DNA of 63,611 nucleotides, the filler included, from Reticulomyxa filosa (taxonomy: Eukaryota > Protista > Foraminifera), in the NCBI GenBank assembly GCA_000512085.1. It is 12 parts of 12 records of this genome, joined end to end, with 100 filler letters (N's around TTAATTAATTAA, not from the genome) between each part and the next. Parts side by side here need not be neighbours in the genome. Positions count along the whole stretch, not along the records: positions 1 to 17,082 come from ASPP01001856.1; 11 more parts are not named here. One strand, written 5' to 3'. Every line of letters begins with the position of its first letter. Positions within the stretch are counted from its first letter, which is position 1. Position numbers and translations under genes: made by a program. The notes under the pieces were generated by a model, which worked only from the letters and a program-made list of their open reading frames with translations, was not told where the DNA came from and ran no database searches. Of the stretch, positions 1-12,335 are shown piece by piece.

Positions 1-764
1 ATGACGTCTTTTGCCTCCTAACTTACAATATCTATTGTTTGAAGACAATTCTTCCGTTTCATTATTATCTTTAACAACGGTAATTCAATAAATATATATA
101 TCAAAAAATACTTTGAATAATCTTTTAATTTTGAATTTATTTTCTGATTAATATCTCATATTTGAATTGATTTATTCCACAAAGACAAACTTGATATCAT
201 CCAATGCAAACTTGGTATTGCTCAATGGGAATGTCCTTTGAAAGTTTGATATGTTCTTCTGTTACAATCATATCCTGACTGGTTTTGCCTAATGGCAAAG
301 AAGTAGCTTTGTGATCATCTGTCAAATATCTTACGTTATTCGCGTTTTTGAACGCCTGGCAGAGCTTTCGTTTCAAAACATTTTGCTATAATGTTGGTTA
401 TTGACAACAAATCTCTGTTTTACTTTTGCAGAAGATGATCATTCTTTACGTTTCTACTGTAGCAAACTAATGCCTTTTTATTAAGATTAAACTTTCCTTT
501 TACTTGTTCCCTTTTACTGACGAAAACATTTTGATTGTACTTTTCACTATTCAAGAACTAGAAAGAAGAAGTTTCAATTTACAATAAAATTCTCAATAGA
601 ATGAAACTCAATGTAATAACATATAAGAATATGAACAACTAAAACAAAAAGAAGAAATGAATAGCAAAGTTAACAGGATTTATCATTGAAAGCTAATAAA
701 TTTAACAAGATACAGTAAAAGAGACGAAAAGGGGGGAGAGGACTATTGCTCTGAAATAAAATCC

Positions 765-2312
765 ATGATAACAAAATTTCTTCGTGGTATATTTTCCAAA
801 CCTTGCTTTCTTTATCCTATTAAAGTAGCCCAGACACAGTGGGACGATTTCTTGCATAAACAATTCGAAGATAAGGAATTCTGTAAAAACTTACAAAGAC
901 AAACGACTTCATTGCCAAAAATACAAGAATCTCCGAAGCAATCTTCTAACTCTTTCCAGCCAAAAGTGGAAAAGACATATGCTGACATTATTCAATTTCT
1001 CAAAGCATACTCATCTGTTGATCGTGGTGTATGTGAAAACACTTTGAAATACTATTTAAAATTAAACGGTCGTAATGCTATTTCACAGATCTGTCGAATG
1101 GCTCAGCAACAAGGAGTCCCGCTCAATACTGCGCTTCTCAACTTGGTATTGGATTCTTTGGAATTTGATATGAAGAAAAGTTTCTTTGCGGAATGGTTTT
1201 TGGACAAAGAAGATGTATCTTTAAAACCAGATGTTTTGACAATGAATATAATGATAAAGGGATATAAAGACAGGGGAAATTTTAAAGAAGTATTGTATTA
1301 TTTAAACTTGCTGCTTGAAAAATTTCGTCTTCGTCCCGACGCAAAGACATGTGAATACGTGTTAGAGGCATTTGCAAGAGCGCGCGACATGAGCTGTGCT
1401 GAATTGATTTGGAATGCGATGCAATATGACAGCATTATTAAAGTTGATACTACGTTACTCAATCGCATGTTAAAAGTATACGCCAACTGTGGTGAATTAC
1501 AAAAAATGATGGAATTATTGGATAATACACAACAGCAATGGCGTGCTATTCCAATTAATTTATATACATGTGAAATCATTACTATGGGATTGTTGCAAGA
1601 TAACAAAATTCAAGAGACAATTGACTTTTGTAAACGTCGAGTTCCTGAATTATTTTCAAATGATCAATCAAAGTTAGACAATTATAAATTGATACTAATG
1701 AAAGCTGTTCGACATTGGAAAATTACTGAAATATTGAACGAAATGGAACTTGACAAGTCAAATCACAAACAATTTGTGAATATTCTGCAAAGAGATTGGA
1801 ATGCAGGTCTGAAACGTCCTAAATCTATGGATACTCAAAATATTAGCAATTTGGTAGAATTTTATGTTCTGGTGAACAAAGAAAATTGGGTGAATGGTAT
1901 TAAAGATATAGAGCAAGTGTTATTCAGCAAACAAAGATACATTCATTCTTTTAGTTATTGGGCTACTGTTCAACAAAAAGAATGGTTACATTTTAATTTA
2001 ATGTCGACCACAACGGCTTGTTTTTTTTACGTTATCTGATGACTTTTCGTAGAGATGAATTAAAAAAGAAATTCCAGAGTGATCCGATTAGAATAATGTT
2101 TGATGAATTAAAACAAAACAAAAAAAGGGTTGCAACAAAATGATAAGTTATCAAAGAAGAGTTGTATCGAGAGTGAATTGAAAAAATGGAAGGTTCAAAT
2201 TCGTTTGGAACAGAACGAATCCTATCCAAAAATATGGTTCTTGAATCAAAATGATGTGGAATTATTCTTTCAGACTGTACCCCCAAAGCAGGATTGTTTA
2301 AAGTATTTCTGA
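765..2312 (+). CDS. Pentatricopeptide-repeat (PPR) protein, intronless, possible degenerate Smr-like C-terminus
   Basis: Tandem ~35-aa PPR motifs (KPDVLTMNIMIKGY, RPDAKTCEYVLEAFA, VDTTLLNRMLKVYANCG, INLYTCEIITMGL). ORFs 765-2039 and 2130-2312 are in the same frame and are bridged by LRYLMTFRRDELKKKF in another frame via a T-run (~2020-2028) and an A-run (~2120-2126). Confidence 0.8.
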
Positions 2313-3076
2313 AATGGTATTTCGGACAATATGCCCATTATTTGAATAGTTTTATCTTGTTAACACAATATAATATATACACAGCCGAATTGTGTATCAA
2401 CTATACCAAACTGTAGTATAAGTTGCTATGGCAAGAGCGAAGCTTAAATGGAAGTACAACTGCTTTTTTTTTACTAAAACCCTCTTGCTTATTCTTTAAA
2501 CTCTTTTACTTGTTTTCTCTTTATTATTTTGTTTCATTTTTTGATTAACTATTTGTTTTTACCTAAAAGTAATATTTTCTTATTACACTAACAAGACAAC
2601 CCTTTCATTGTAGTATCTTTTTGTTTGGATCACAGACAATTTCATAGTCATTTGATAAGATATTACAGAAATCACATGAACTATATATGATATCGATTAA
2701 TCACTCACAAATATTCTTTGTTTGGCTTGTTTCTGCTGCTTTGGGCTTGAACCTTTTCCCTGTGACTTGCAGAACAAAGTGTCGGGGTTTGAGTCATTCT
2801 CCGTTGCAAAAAAAAATGCTTTTTTTAAAAATTGTTTGTTGAACAACGCAATAAGTACAAGCATTAAGATAACAATGCAACTGTTTTTAAAATTTGTGGA
2901 ATTTTAATTTTGTGAGACCTTTTTTTGGAAAAAGAGGCACAATATTTTTTTAAATTGCCCATTAAATAAAAATGTGATTCAACAAAGCAATTGCTTTTTA
3001 ATGCGTGAATGAGATTATGCACACAAACCCAAGATGCTAAACTTTGATTGTTTGATTATTAAAAAAAAGAAAAAAT

Positions 3077-4548
3077 TTAATCGTGGTGCCAAATGGGCCC
3101 AATCCAATTGGGGAGCCATGGTTCAGAAGTTTTGCAAACGCCTTTATATTGTGATTGTTGTGTAGGGTTTGTTTTTTCCAAAGGCATCAAAAAGACATGG
3201 GCATGTGCAAACAGTTTCAAATTGCGAAATTTTTTATTATTTTGGCTAAATATCCAAGGGCTAACCCAACCACTAGGATCTTTATTTTTGTGTCTCCACT
3301 TTTCCGTCTTATCCATGCCTTGCACTCCATCAAAATCATAGTCTCCCAAAGGCTTCGCTTGATGATAGTATACTACATTTATGGGTCGACAAAGAGTTTC
3401 ACCTTGTTTTGGTTCGTGACGTTGTCCTCCAATCCCTATTAAACGTATACATAACATACATAAATATTACGTATACGTACATAATTTTTTTGCTGGCGCA
3501 GCAAAAAAAAGTGCTTCGTGTTTTCAGGAACGGTGTTTTGTTTTTTTTTTTTTTAAACCTTGCCATCCCCACGTGTTCAAAGCTTTTAAGAATAATTTAG
3601 CAAACAAATATTTGGGCAGAATGGTGGCGTTTTTGATCACATCACCGGCGACGAGTCCTTTGCTTGTGAAAAGCGCACAATTACCTCGTTCGATTGCCCT
3701 TTGCAGCAATGGAATGCGGATCCACGAGGGCAGTGCAAACAAGTTGAATCCTGCTTTATTTTGGCGTTCTTTTTGCTCCAATTCTTTGAAATATTCGTGC
3801 GTTTTCACTAACAAATCCACCGGGTAATTTTCCAAACGAAATCCGACAATCGATCGATAAAATACCCCTCCTTGCTCACTTCCCAACTCACTCGTTTTCT
3901 CAGGGTCTCCAAACAAATAGTCATACGGGCTCATAAAGTTTACCATCGGACGTCCTGGCCGTCCGCTTATGTTCATCACATACTCATTGCCATCTCTCAT
4001 TTGCATGTCCCCCCCCGCCACACATGAAACACATTGTGATCATTATTATAATAATATGTTTACATGTATGTGTAGAAATTTCCAGAAATTTCTGACCACA
4101 TAAAGTGCATGTACGCGTACGTATATGTATGTCTTAGAGTTTGTTTTTTTTTTTGTGCGAACATACCAGGGAGTCGATATCGCAACGCGGCATGACCGTA
4201 AGGATTGCTTGTGGAATACATCCCCGATTTTAGGAATCGCATAGAGAGACCGACATAGGGAACAACGTACAAATATTCTAATGATGGACTTTTATCGCAG
4301 CCCAAAGTAGTGTCAATTTCTTGTAGTATTGTGCCTTTGTTGACCAGTGGACGGTAGAGCGAAGAGGCCATTGCATCTTCGTTTTCCAGCTTCTTTTTCT
4401 CGTCTTTTGAAAAAGGTCGCTTTGTTGTGTTTGAACAGTCACGGCGTTGCTCATGAAAACACCTTGCTAACACTACTTTGCTCGACACTTCAGTGCAAGA
4501 ATTTTGACATCCATATCGCAGAATAGCACCGAGGCCTTTATTCCGCAT
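3077..4548 (-). CDS. Three-exon hypothetical protein, possible permuted papain/NlpC-P60-like hydrolase
   Basis: Exons 4548-4167, 3993-3559 and 3435-3077 splice in frame via GT-AG introns 4166-3994 and 3558-3436. Motifs NPYGHAALRY and RGNCALF place His before Cys. Confidence 0.6.
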
Positions 4549-5524
4549 ATCACCAACAACACAAATGAATTATTTATGAATATCCAAATAGCAAAAAAAG
4601 ATTGCCCCCCATAGAACGGCTTAACGAGCACAATTGAAAACATTTTTCACTAAAAATTATATATATATATAAAAGTCTAAAAAATCTTAAAAATCTTTGA
4701 AAAAAAACTTAAAACGTGACAATAACACAAAAACAAAATTTGATTATACGTATTGTAATAAAAACTTTGGCTCCATCATTATGTCATCATTTTCTGTTAG
4801 TTTTAGCAGTTGGTGTAAGTAAGACGCAATTTTTGACTCTTTTCTCACGTTCTACAATATCGCTTCGACTGTTTTCTGAACAGAAATAAACCAAAAAATC
4901 GAAATACACTTTAACGCAGCTCCAGTATGGACAAAAAGAAATTATATATATTCACTTTTTGCAACACTTATAACAGATTAAATATTTCTTGGAAAATAAG
5001 TGTTTGACAATTTAGCAGCCAAAGAAAAAATTGTTTTATTAGGATTGACGATAATATATTCTATCCATTCGCTTAGTTACTTATTTATTCCCTTGGATTT
5101 AGATTGTTATTTTGTTCTTTTAAAAAAAAGAAAAGCTACAAAAAGGTCTAAATGTCCATTGATAACAGAACAGCAAAGAAACTTGCTCATTCATTTAAAC
5201 GTTAAAACTGCTCGTCACTTGTGCAACAATGTTGTAAATAACATAAGCTCAACAAGGATTACTCAACATACCAAACAAAAATTTAAAAAATGATACCAAA
5301 GAAACCCCCACAAAAGCAAAAACAAAAACGCTTTATCTTAAAAAAATTTCCTTAAAAAAAAAACAAAAAGTTATTCTATTAAACAATGTTACTTTGCACG
5401 TTTGGAGAGGTACCCTTATCAAAATATTAACAAAGCGTTGAAACCAACAAGTTCATAGAAACGCTTTTGGCTCCAAGTTTTTATTATTATTCCCCTTGCC
5501 CCCTTCTTGTCTTTACTTTCTTTT

Positions 5525-6164
5525 TCAATCGGAGTGTGAATTCTGTGTGTCAATGGTCAAAATGTTGACCTCTTGGTTCACGCCTTGTCGAAGACATGAC
5601 ACCATTTTGCTAAGAAAATCGCTAAATGGAACATTAAAAAACTGATCTGCATTGTGTTGCGAACCAAAGATTAGATCTAATTCGTAAATAAGCTGCTCGT
5701 CTAAAAAAAAAAAAAACAAAACATATTGTCATTATTAATGTTTATTTATTTGTGCAAGAGGCTCGGAATTTTTTTTTTTAGTGCAAACGAAACAATCACG
5801 GAAACAGTTGTTTAAAAACAAAAACTTTTTTTTTTTGTGTGTATGATTTTGTTAACTGCGCTCCCCAAGTAATACCGTAAAACTTTGTGTTGTCACCACG
5901 CCCACTAATGATACGTGAAAATCATTGTTTACTGTTGTCGTCCAACAACCCTCCAATACTTCATACCATTCCGTCAAATCACTTGGTTTCTCAGGTGCAA
6001 TTATGTTCATTGATACCACTGTTTTTTTGTTTGTTTTGTTTTTGTGAAAGGTACTTTTTTTTAATATACCATTTGTAAAAGATTTTAAAAATACATACGT
6101 GCTGAAACGAATTCCCCTTCGTTGCTGCTGCTTGTCTTGGAAACGCAAAACAGTGCCAATACAT
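5525..6164 (-). CDS. Small multi-exon hypothetical protein
   Basis: Coding-like segments (MYWHCFAFP; APEKPSDLTEWYEVLEGCW; DEQLIYELDLIFGSQ...SD*) separated by AT-rich intron-like sequence. No family recognised. Confidence 0.45.
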
Positions 6165-6652
6165 GGAAAATGAAAACGACAAAGTGCAACATTTTTTGTC
6201 TTGATCTTTTTGCTCTATTAAAAGTAAAGACGGACTAAAGGGGGCTAAAACAACACTAAAGTAAGACAAAAAGTTGTTGAGTCAAACAAAGAAAAAGGGA
6301 CCAAGATGACTTCACAACAAGTTCAACTTTTCAAGATTGTCATAAAAAATAAAATAAATAAAATTTATTTCAAGTGTCTTCTATTCGGATAATATCAATA
6401 AATTTTTCAGTTTTAGTAAATATTCTTCTTGTCCAATTGGATTTCCTAGGTTTTGTCAGTTACCACTTATTGTGTTTGTTGCACAAATACAAAACTAAAA
6501 TTCAATGATACAATAGCGACAAAAAAAAGTTTAGGAAAAAAAGTGATTGATAATCTCACTGAACTTATACAGTCATCACAGGTATCTAGGGAAACAAAGT
6601 ATATGGATCTAAATAGTAGATCTTGCTTGTTTAAAAAAATAGTTACCACATA

Positions 6653-7185
6653 ATGAAGCGAAGAGCTCTAACGTCTGAAAACAGCGAACTTGCTGGGACG
6701 TCGATGGCTCATGGAGGAAATGATAAAGAGAACGATGGTGTCCACAATGCAGATGATTCACGTAGGGGACAAAAATATAGGCACGGTCATTGGATATACT
6801 TCGCAGACTCATTGGAAGAGTATGAGAAAAAAAAAAAGAAAAAGCTGAACGAAAGCGTGATTTAAGCGCTCATCAAGATTTGTTGGCTTTTTTTTTGTTA
6901 CGAAAGCACTACGAAAAACTTAAAAAAGAAGAAATTCGAAATTCCACATATTTCTATACAGTACCCAAAAATTACTTAAATGGTGTTTGTGGATCTTTAC
7001 CAAGCAATTTTGAAGATGTAAGCAATAAACAACTCCCTGCTCCTTCCATGCCTGATATGAAGGACCGTTCTCTGCTTGTCACTTTGTTGGGAAATTATGA
7101 ACCACCACAACAATGCCATATTTCTCCTCTCCTTGAAATGAATTTAAAATCTCTTAACATTACTTCTTCCCTCAACTTCACTTAA
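6653..7185 (+). CDS. Two-exon hypothetical protein
   Basis: ATG at 6653, GTATGA donor near 6820, second coding segment KHYEKLKKEEIRNSTYFY... ending in a stop at 7185. Confidence 0.45.
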
Positions 7186-7772
7186 AAAAATTGCAACAAA
7201 AAAAAATGATGTTTTATCCATCAGATTGTTTTAGTTATGTCCAGCAATTGTGCTCAAACAAAATAACAAAAATCCACTTTTGACAATCTGTTAGATTTTA
7301 AAAGATGTGTTCAATGGTGCTCACTTGTTCCTTTGGCAACCTTTATTTACATTTTGTGATTTTTGCGTCATATTGGGGCGATACCCTTTACACAATCTCT
7401 AAAAATAAAATGTCCACGTCCCACTCTTACAGAATCTGCAAATATTGGTTCACAGATTGACAGTTGTTACTTTTCTCTGAGCATAACATGACCGTTATGA
7501 TCACAAATGTAGCAAGTACAAATTACTTAAAAAAAAATCTTTTTGACAAAACGCTCTTTTGTCTTCAATTCGTTCATTAAAAAAAGGAAATACTAAAATA
7601 AATACTAGATTCGATAAAGCTCAATATGAAATGGCAAAAAGATAAACTCTAATAAAAGATACTTGTAGTTGTGTTTTATGGAAATGAAAAACATCTTTTG
7701 TTTATTTAGAAATATTTCTTGATAAACTCCTTTTGCAAATGCACAAAAAAAAAAAAATGCATACAAACATTT

Positions 7773-8851
7773 TTAAACAGTTCTGTAAACAGTAAAATTT
7801 TCAATCATCCAATTAAGATTAGGGCCGTCATCAGAACAACAAGTAACCTCATTTTGATTGTGACTCCCGAAAGCTTTGCTGTGTGAATTCAAGTAGAGAC
7901 CAGTTGAGACGTGACAAAAATTGACAACGTCATCCATTTTCCACAAATGACTTGTATCTGGAGTCTCTTCACTTTTTGGGTTTCCTTTCGTTTGTTTCTT
8001 CAGAAGCACTTTCCATTTGGTATGCGCAGTCTTTTCTGTCAAAATTAAAAAAAAGGAGTGTTTTTAAAAAGCTTCTTGGTCTACCCCCCTCCCCCCCTTT
8101 TTTTTTTTTAAAAAAAAAGTTGAGTTATAACCCCAAACTTACCACCTACACATGTGACCTCTTGCTGATTGTAAGTAACAATCGAACGGGCACCCTTTAC
8201 TGAAAACAGGAATTTGTGGGTGCAAACATGAACAAGATGAATAATGTCACCATCTTGGACAGCATCACTATCTTTTCTTTTCTCAGGATTGACGCCATCC
8301 GAATCTTTTTGATCACCAAGCTGATCACTTGGGACAATAATCCAAAGATCATTGTTATCTCGCCCGGAATAACACGATACTTCTTGTCTCTGTGTTTTGG
8401 TGAAGAGGGAATGCGAATGCAGTGCACATGCTGTCTCCAGGTGAACCAATTTTATGTACATTCCATATCTTAATACTTTGTCGTCTGAGATGGGAATAGC
8501 GGATCTCCCTGGCTCAGCTTGTACATATTGGGGACATATCACGTTCAAATGCACGTGCGATGGCCTATCCAACTCATAGATCATCGCGTCTAATGCTGGC
8601 TGGCTGTTCATTCGTACCGCCTCGTTATTCTTGTCCATATACGTAAAATGGAAATGGTGCTTTTGTAATTCCATTTCAAATTCTTGTTTTGTCGACGCTC
8701 GCAACACTGAAAAATCAAACGGTACCAACAGTCGACAGTTCAGGTCTCCAAGACTCAAAGTAAATAATCCTAATTGCTGCCTCCATTCCGCCAGCTGTGT
8801 GCTATTTGGCAATGCTTTTTTTTCAACCTTATCGTTCTCTGAGCTGCTCAT
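7773..8851 (-). CDS. PB1-like domain plus three MIR motifs (SDF2/PMT-type beta-trefoil)
   Basis: Exons 8851-8143 and 8035-7773 join in frame (intron GTAAGT...GACAG, 8142-8036). MIR motifs: YGMYIKLVHLETACALHSH...QEVSCY...NDLWII; DGDIIHLVHVCTHKFL...QQEVTC; NFCHVSTGLYLNSH...QNEVTC...NWMIE. PB1-like segment FTYMDKNNEAVRMNSQPALD. Confidence 0.75.
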
Positions 8852-9286
8852 CTTTATATAGACGCTTTTTTTTTTTTTTTTTTGCGATTCTTTTGCCCAC
8901 TGCGCTCAATCACTCCTTTTTTTTTGTTTTACTGCACAATTCAAATATCTAGCTGCCATGATTTGTAACTTTTTACTGTTAAAATATTAGAAGGAACTTC
9001 GAATCATAAAAACAATACTTTTTTCGCGTACATTACAATTGTGGAACAAATTATATTTTTGTAAAGTCGACGATGCAAAATAATTAGTACAAAGTACTGA
9101 ATCAAACAAGAAGAAAGAGAACAATTATCAGCCGAAACATGAGAGGAAAAAGAAAGAAGCATTAAGACAGAGGAGAGAAAAAATTGTAAAGAGGCCCTTG
9201 TTGATGGAAGAAATACAAATAGTTGTTTGTTTAGAATTTATTATTTGAATTCTCCTTGGGTTTGGGTGTAAATTGTGGGGGAAAAA

Positions 9287-11262
9287 ATGTTTGGCGACAA
9301 AGAAAAGCCTCGAACATCAGCATTTGACTTGTTACGAAGTTTGGCAACAGCACAAGCCTATTTAAGAACAATTGAAGCCCAAAAGGATGCAGGCCGTCAC
9401 AGTTTAGTAAGGAGCAGCGAAAGAACAAAAAAAAAAAAAAAAAAAGGTGGTCTTTCGTGATTATATCCACTTGAAATGAGAAAAAAGAAAAAAACTAAAT
9501 ATGTACATGAGCGTTATAAAACATATAACAAAAAAAAAAAAAAAAAAAGTAATATGTGATATGTTTAATATGGAATATGTAATATATATATAAACATATA
9601 TACAACAATTGGACCTGGAAACAATAGCTCGCAGTCGCACCTTGTGGGACCGATCGCAATTACAGCGGGCATTGTCGACCCGGATGCCGTCAATACCGAT
9701 TGACGCTGGGCCGATATCAAAGACGGAAGCGGACAATGAAGACGGGACGAACAAATACAAAAACAAGCGTGAAAGCATAAAGTCATTGTCCACAAAGCAA
9801 GTGAATATGGTGTTTGAGTTTGAAAGCGAAATGGGGTTTGGGATAAAGCCAAAGAATAATAAAAGGCAGAAATCAGTGAACAGGCAGGACATAAATGATG
9901 ACGACGACAATACCAACATCAATACCAATATCAATACCAATATCAATACCAATATCAATACCAATATCAATGCCAATTTCAAGACTGGTGACAATATTAA
10001 TGATAGTATAAATGACAATATGAATGACAACATTAACGACAACATTAATGACAATATCAATGACAACGGCAATGACGATACAAATCAACGGCTGTCCCAT
10101 CAAAAAACATGCAGCATCCAATCTTTGCATCTAACCGAAGAGTCGAGCAATGATTTTTTGGAGCACTTTGGAATGAATCATAACGGCGATGCTAATTCGC
10201 CTAATTTCCTTTCGGATTCTGGTTCTTTTTTTTTTTTCTTAAAAACTTATAAAAAATTTGTCAATGTTTGAAATTTGATTTATGTTTTCTTTTTTTTTAA
10301 AAAAAAAAAAAGAAAAAGAAAAAGATGGAATGGAAAATGTTGGAAGCCATGAAAACGAGGACAAAGTAAACACGCCGGAGATAAGTCGAGAGGCTAGAAA
10401 TAGCGTTGAAAATGAGGACGAGCACGAGTACGAGAAGCAGAAGAGTGACAAGAACGAGACAAAGAAGGACGAGGAGGAGGGCAACAAGAATTGGAATAAG
10501 AATAACAATGAAGATGATGACGGCAAGAACAAGAATATGAATACAAATAAGAATGAAACTATAAATAATGCAAATGGAAATACAAATGGAAATAAGCATA
10601 AAACAAAAGTAATTGAAAAAGAGACCAACCACACACAACACTCGCCTTCATTGTCCTCGGGTTCTTTTCCCGAGGATGAGGGAGATGCCCCACTGCCAAA
10701 GTCTCTTCACAATGGACATAGCTACAATTACAACGGCGACGATGATCATGACCGTGACGGCGACGACGACAATGACAATGATAATGATAATGATAATGAC
10801 AATGATAATGATAATGATAATGACAATGATAATGATAATGATAATGACAATGATAATGATAATGATAATGACAATGGCAATGACAAGAAGGAAGATCGAA
10901 AGTCGAATGAACATATGACGAAGATGAAATCGACACCAAAGTGGGACAAGACAAAGGACGAGAGTGAAGACAAACCCTCGTCGTTCGAAACATGCGATCC
11001 GAGCCACGCGAACGAGTCGACCAACGCGACGAAGGGCAATCATCGTCGTCGTGCGTCCAAAGAAATCCACATGGCTGGCTTTCATCCCAGCGTCAGTTTG
11101 TTCGAACCTACAATTACCACTGTCACCACCGATCAGAAAAAAGATCCACATGTACCTACAATCAAATGTGATAAGGGCAGTGACGATGATTATCATTTCT
11201 ATCACATTGTCTCCAATCAATCCAAACATGACAAACACTTGGATTTCAATAATAATAACAAC

Positions 11263-11326
<64 letters not shown>

Positions 11327-11811
11327 CAAATGGAGCGAAACGACAGAAAGTTGTGACTTTCAGTATCGATACATCGTCTCCAAAACCGAAAAATAAAACA
11401 GCTGGGAAAAATGAAATCCAAGTCAGTTTTAGCTCGTCTTCCACAACTGACCATCGGCGAGGCGAAAGTCACCATTTGGATGACAATACACTCATCGATA
11501 TGATGTTTGACGAAGACAGCCACGAAAATGCTTATTTGCATGGGTCATACAAGTCGTTTTGTTTCTCCCAACAAGCAAACAAACAAAAAAAAAAAAAGAA
11601 GAGGTAAAATAAAACAAATAAATAAACGAAAATAATGACATGTAGAAATGCAGAACACAAAGGACACTCGCGTTCGTTAAATGATACAGATCATTTGACG
11701 CGAAATGGCTCGCATTCTTTACACGTCAAAACTGTCATCCATGCCAGTCACAGCAGTGCAATTCAGCCTTCTCTGTCGAAAAAGAAGGAAAAAGGCAGGC
11801 ATGTGCCCCTG

Positions 11812-11851
<40 letters not shown>

Positions 11852-12296
11852 TTATAATCAATTACTTATTTATTTATTTGTGTGTTGAAAATAAATCTTT
11901 TTGTGAAAAGCTCGGCGTTGTTGGGTGTTCCACACTCGTTAAACAAAATTGTGATATCGAAAAAAGTGAGCAATGGACAGTCCAGTCCCACATCGAACAC
12001 GTCCGAAGGAGGTCAAACCCCGCCGCCTCAGTCGTTATTGTCACATCACCCCCATCTACTCATCAGCAGCGTCACCTCTCCCGCACAGTCGTTTGCAGTT
12101 AGCTCGCGATCCCATTCTCCTGCTCCGGAAAGCCACAGTCCAAAAGAGTGTCCCCAAGGCCACTATTATTACGCAAACGACCCACAGCCACAGTCACATT
12201 CCCTTCCTCTTTCTCATCCGCACCCCAATGGTAAGCGATCATTTAGTACTTTGTGCACATTGCTTTGATGCAAGCAATACACATACATATAAAACA

Positions 12297-12335
<39 letters not shown>

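Noticed and set aside
1-420. Possible WD40/Kelch relic on the minus strand (QTFKGHS)
   Set aside because: One short motif amid stops; not enough to call.
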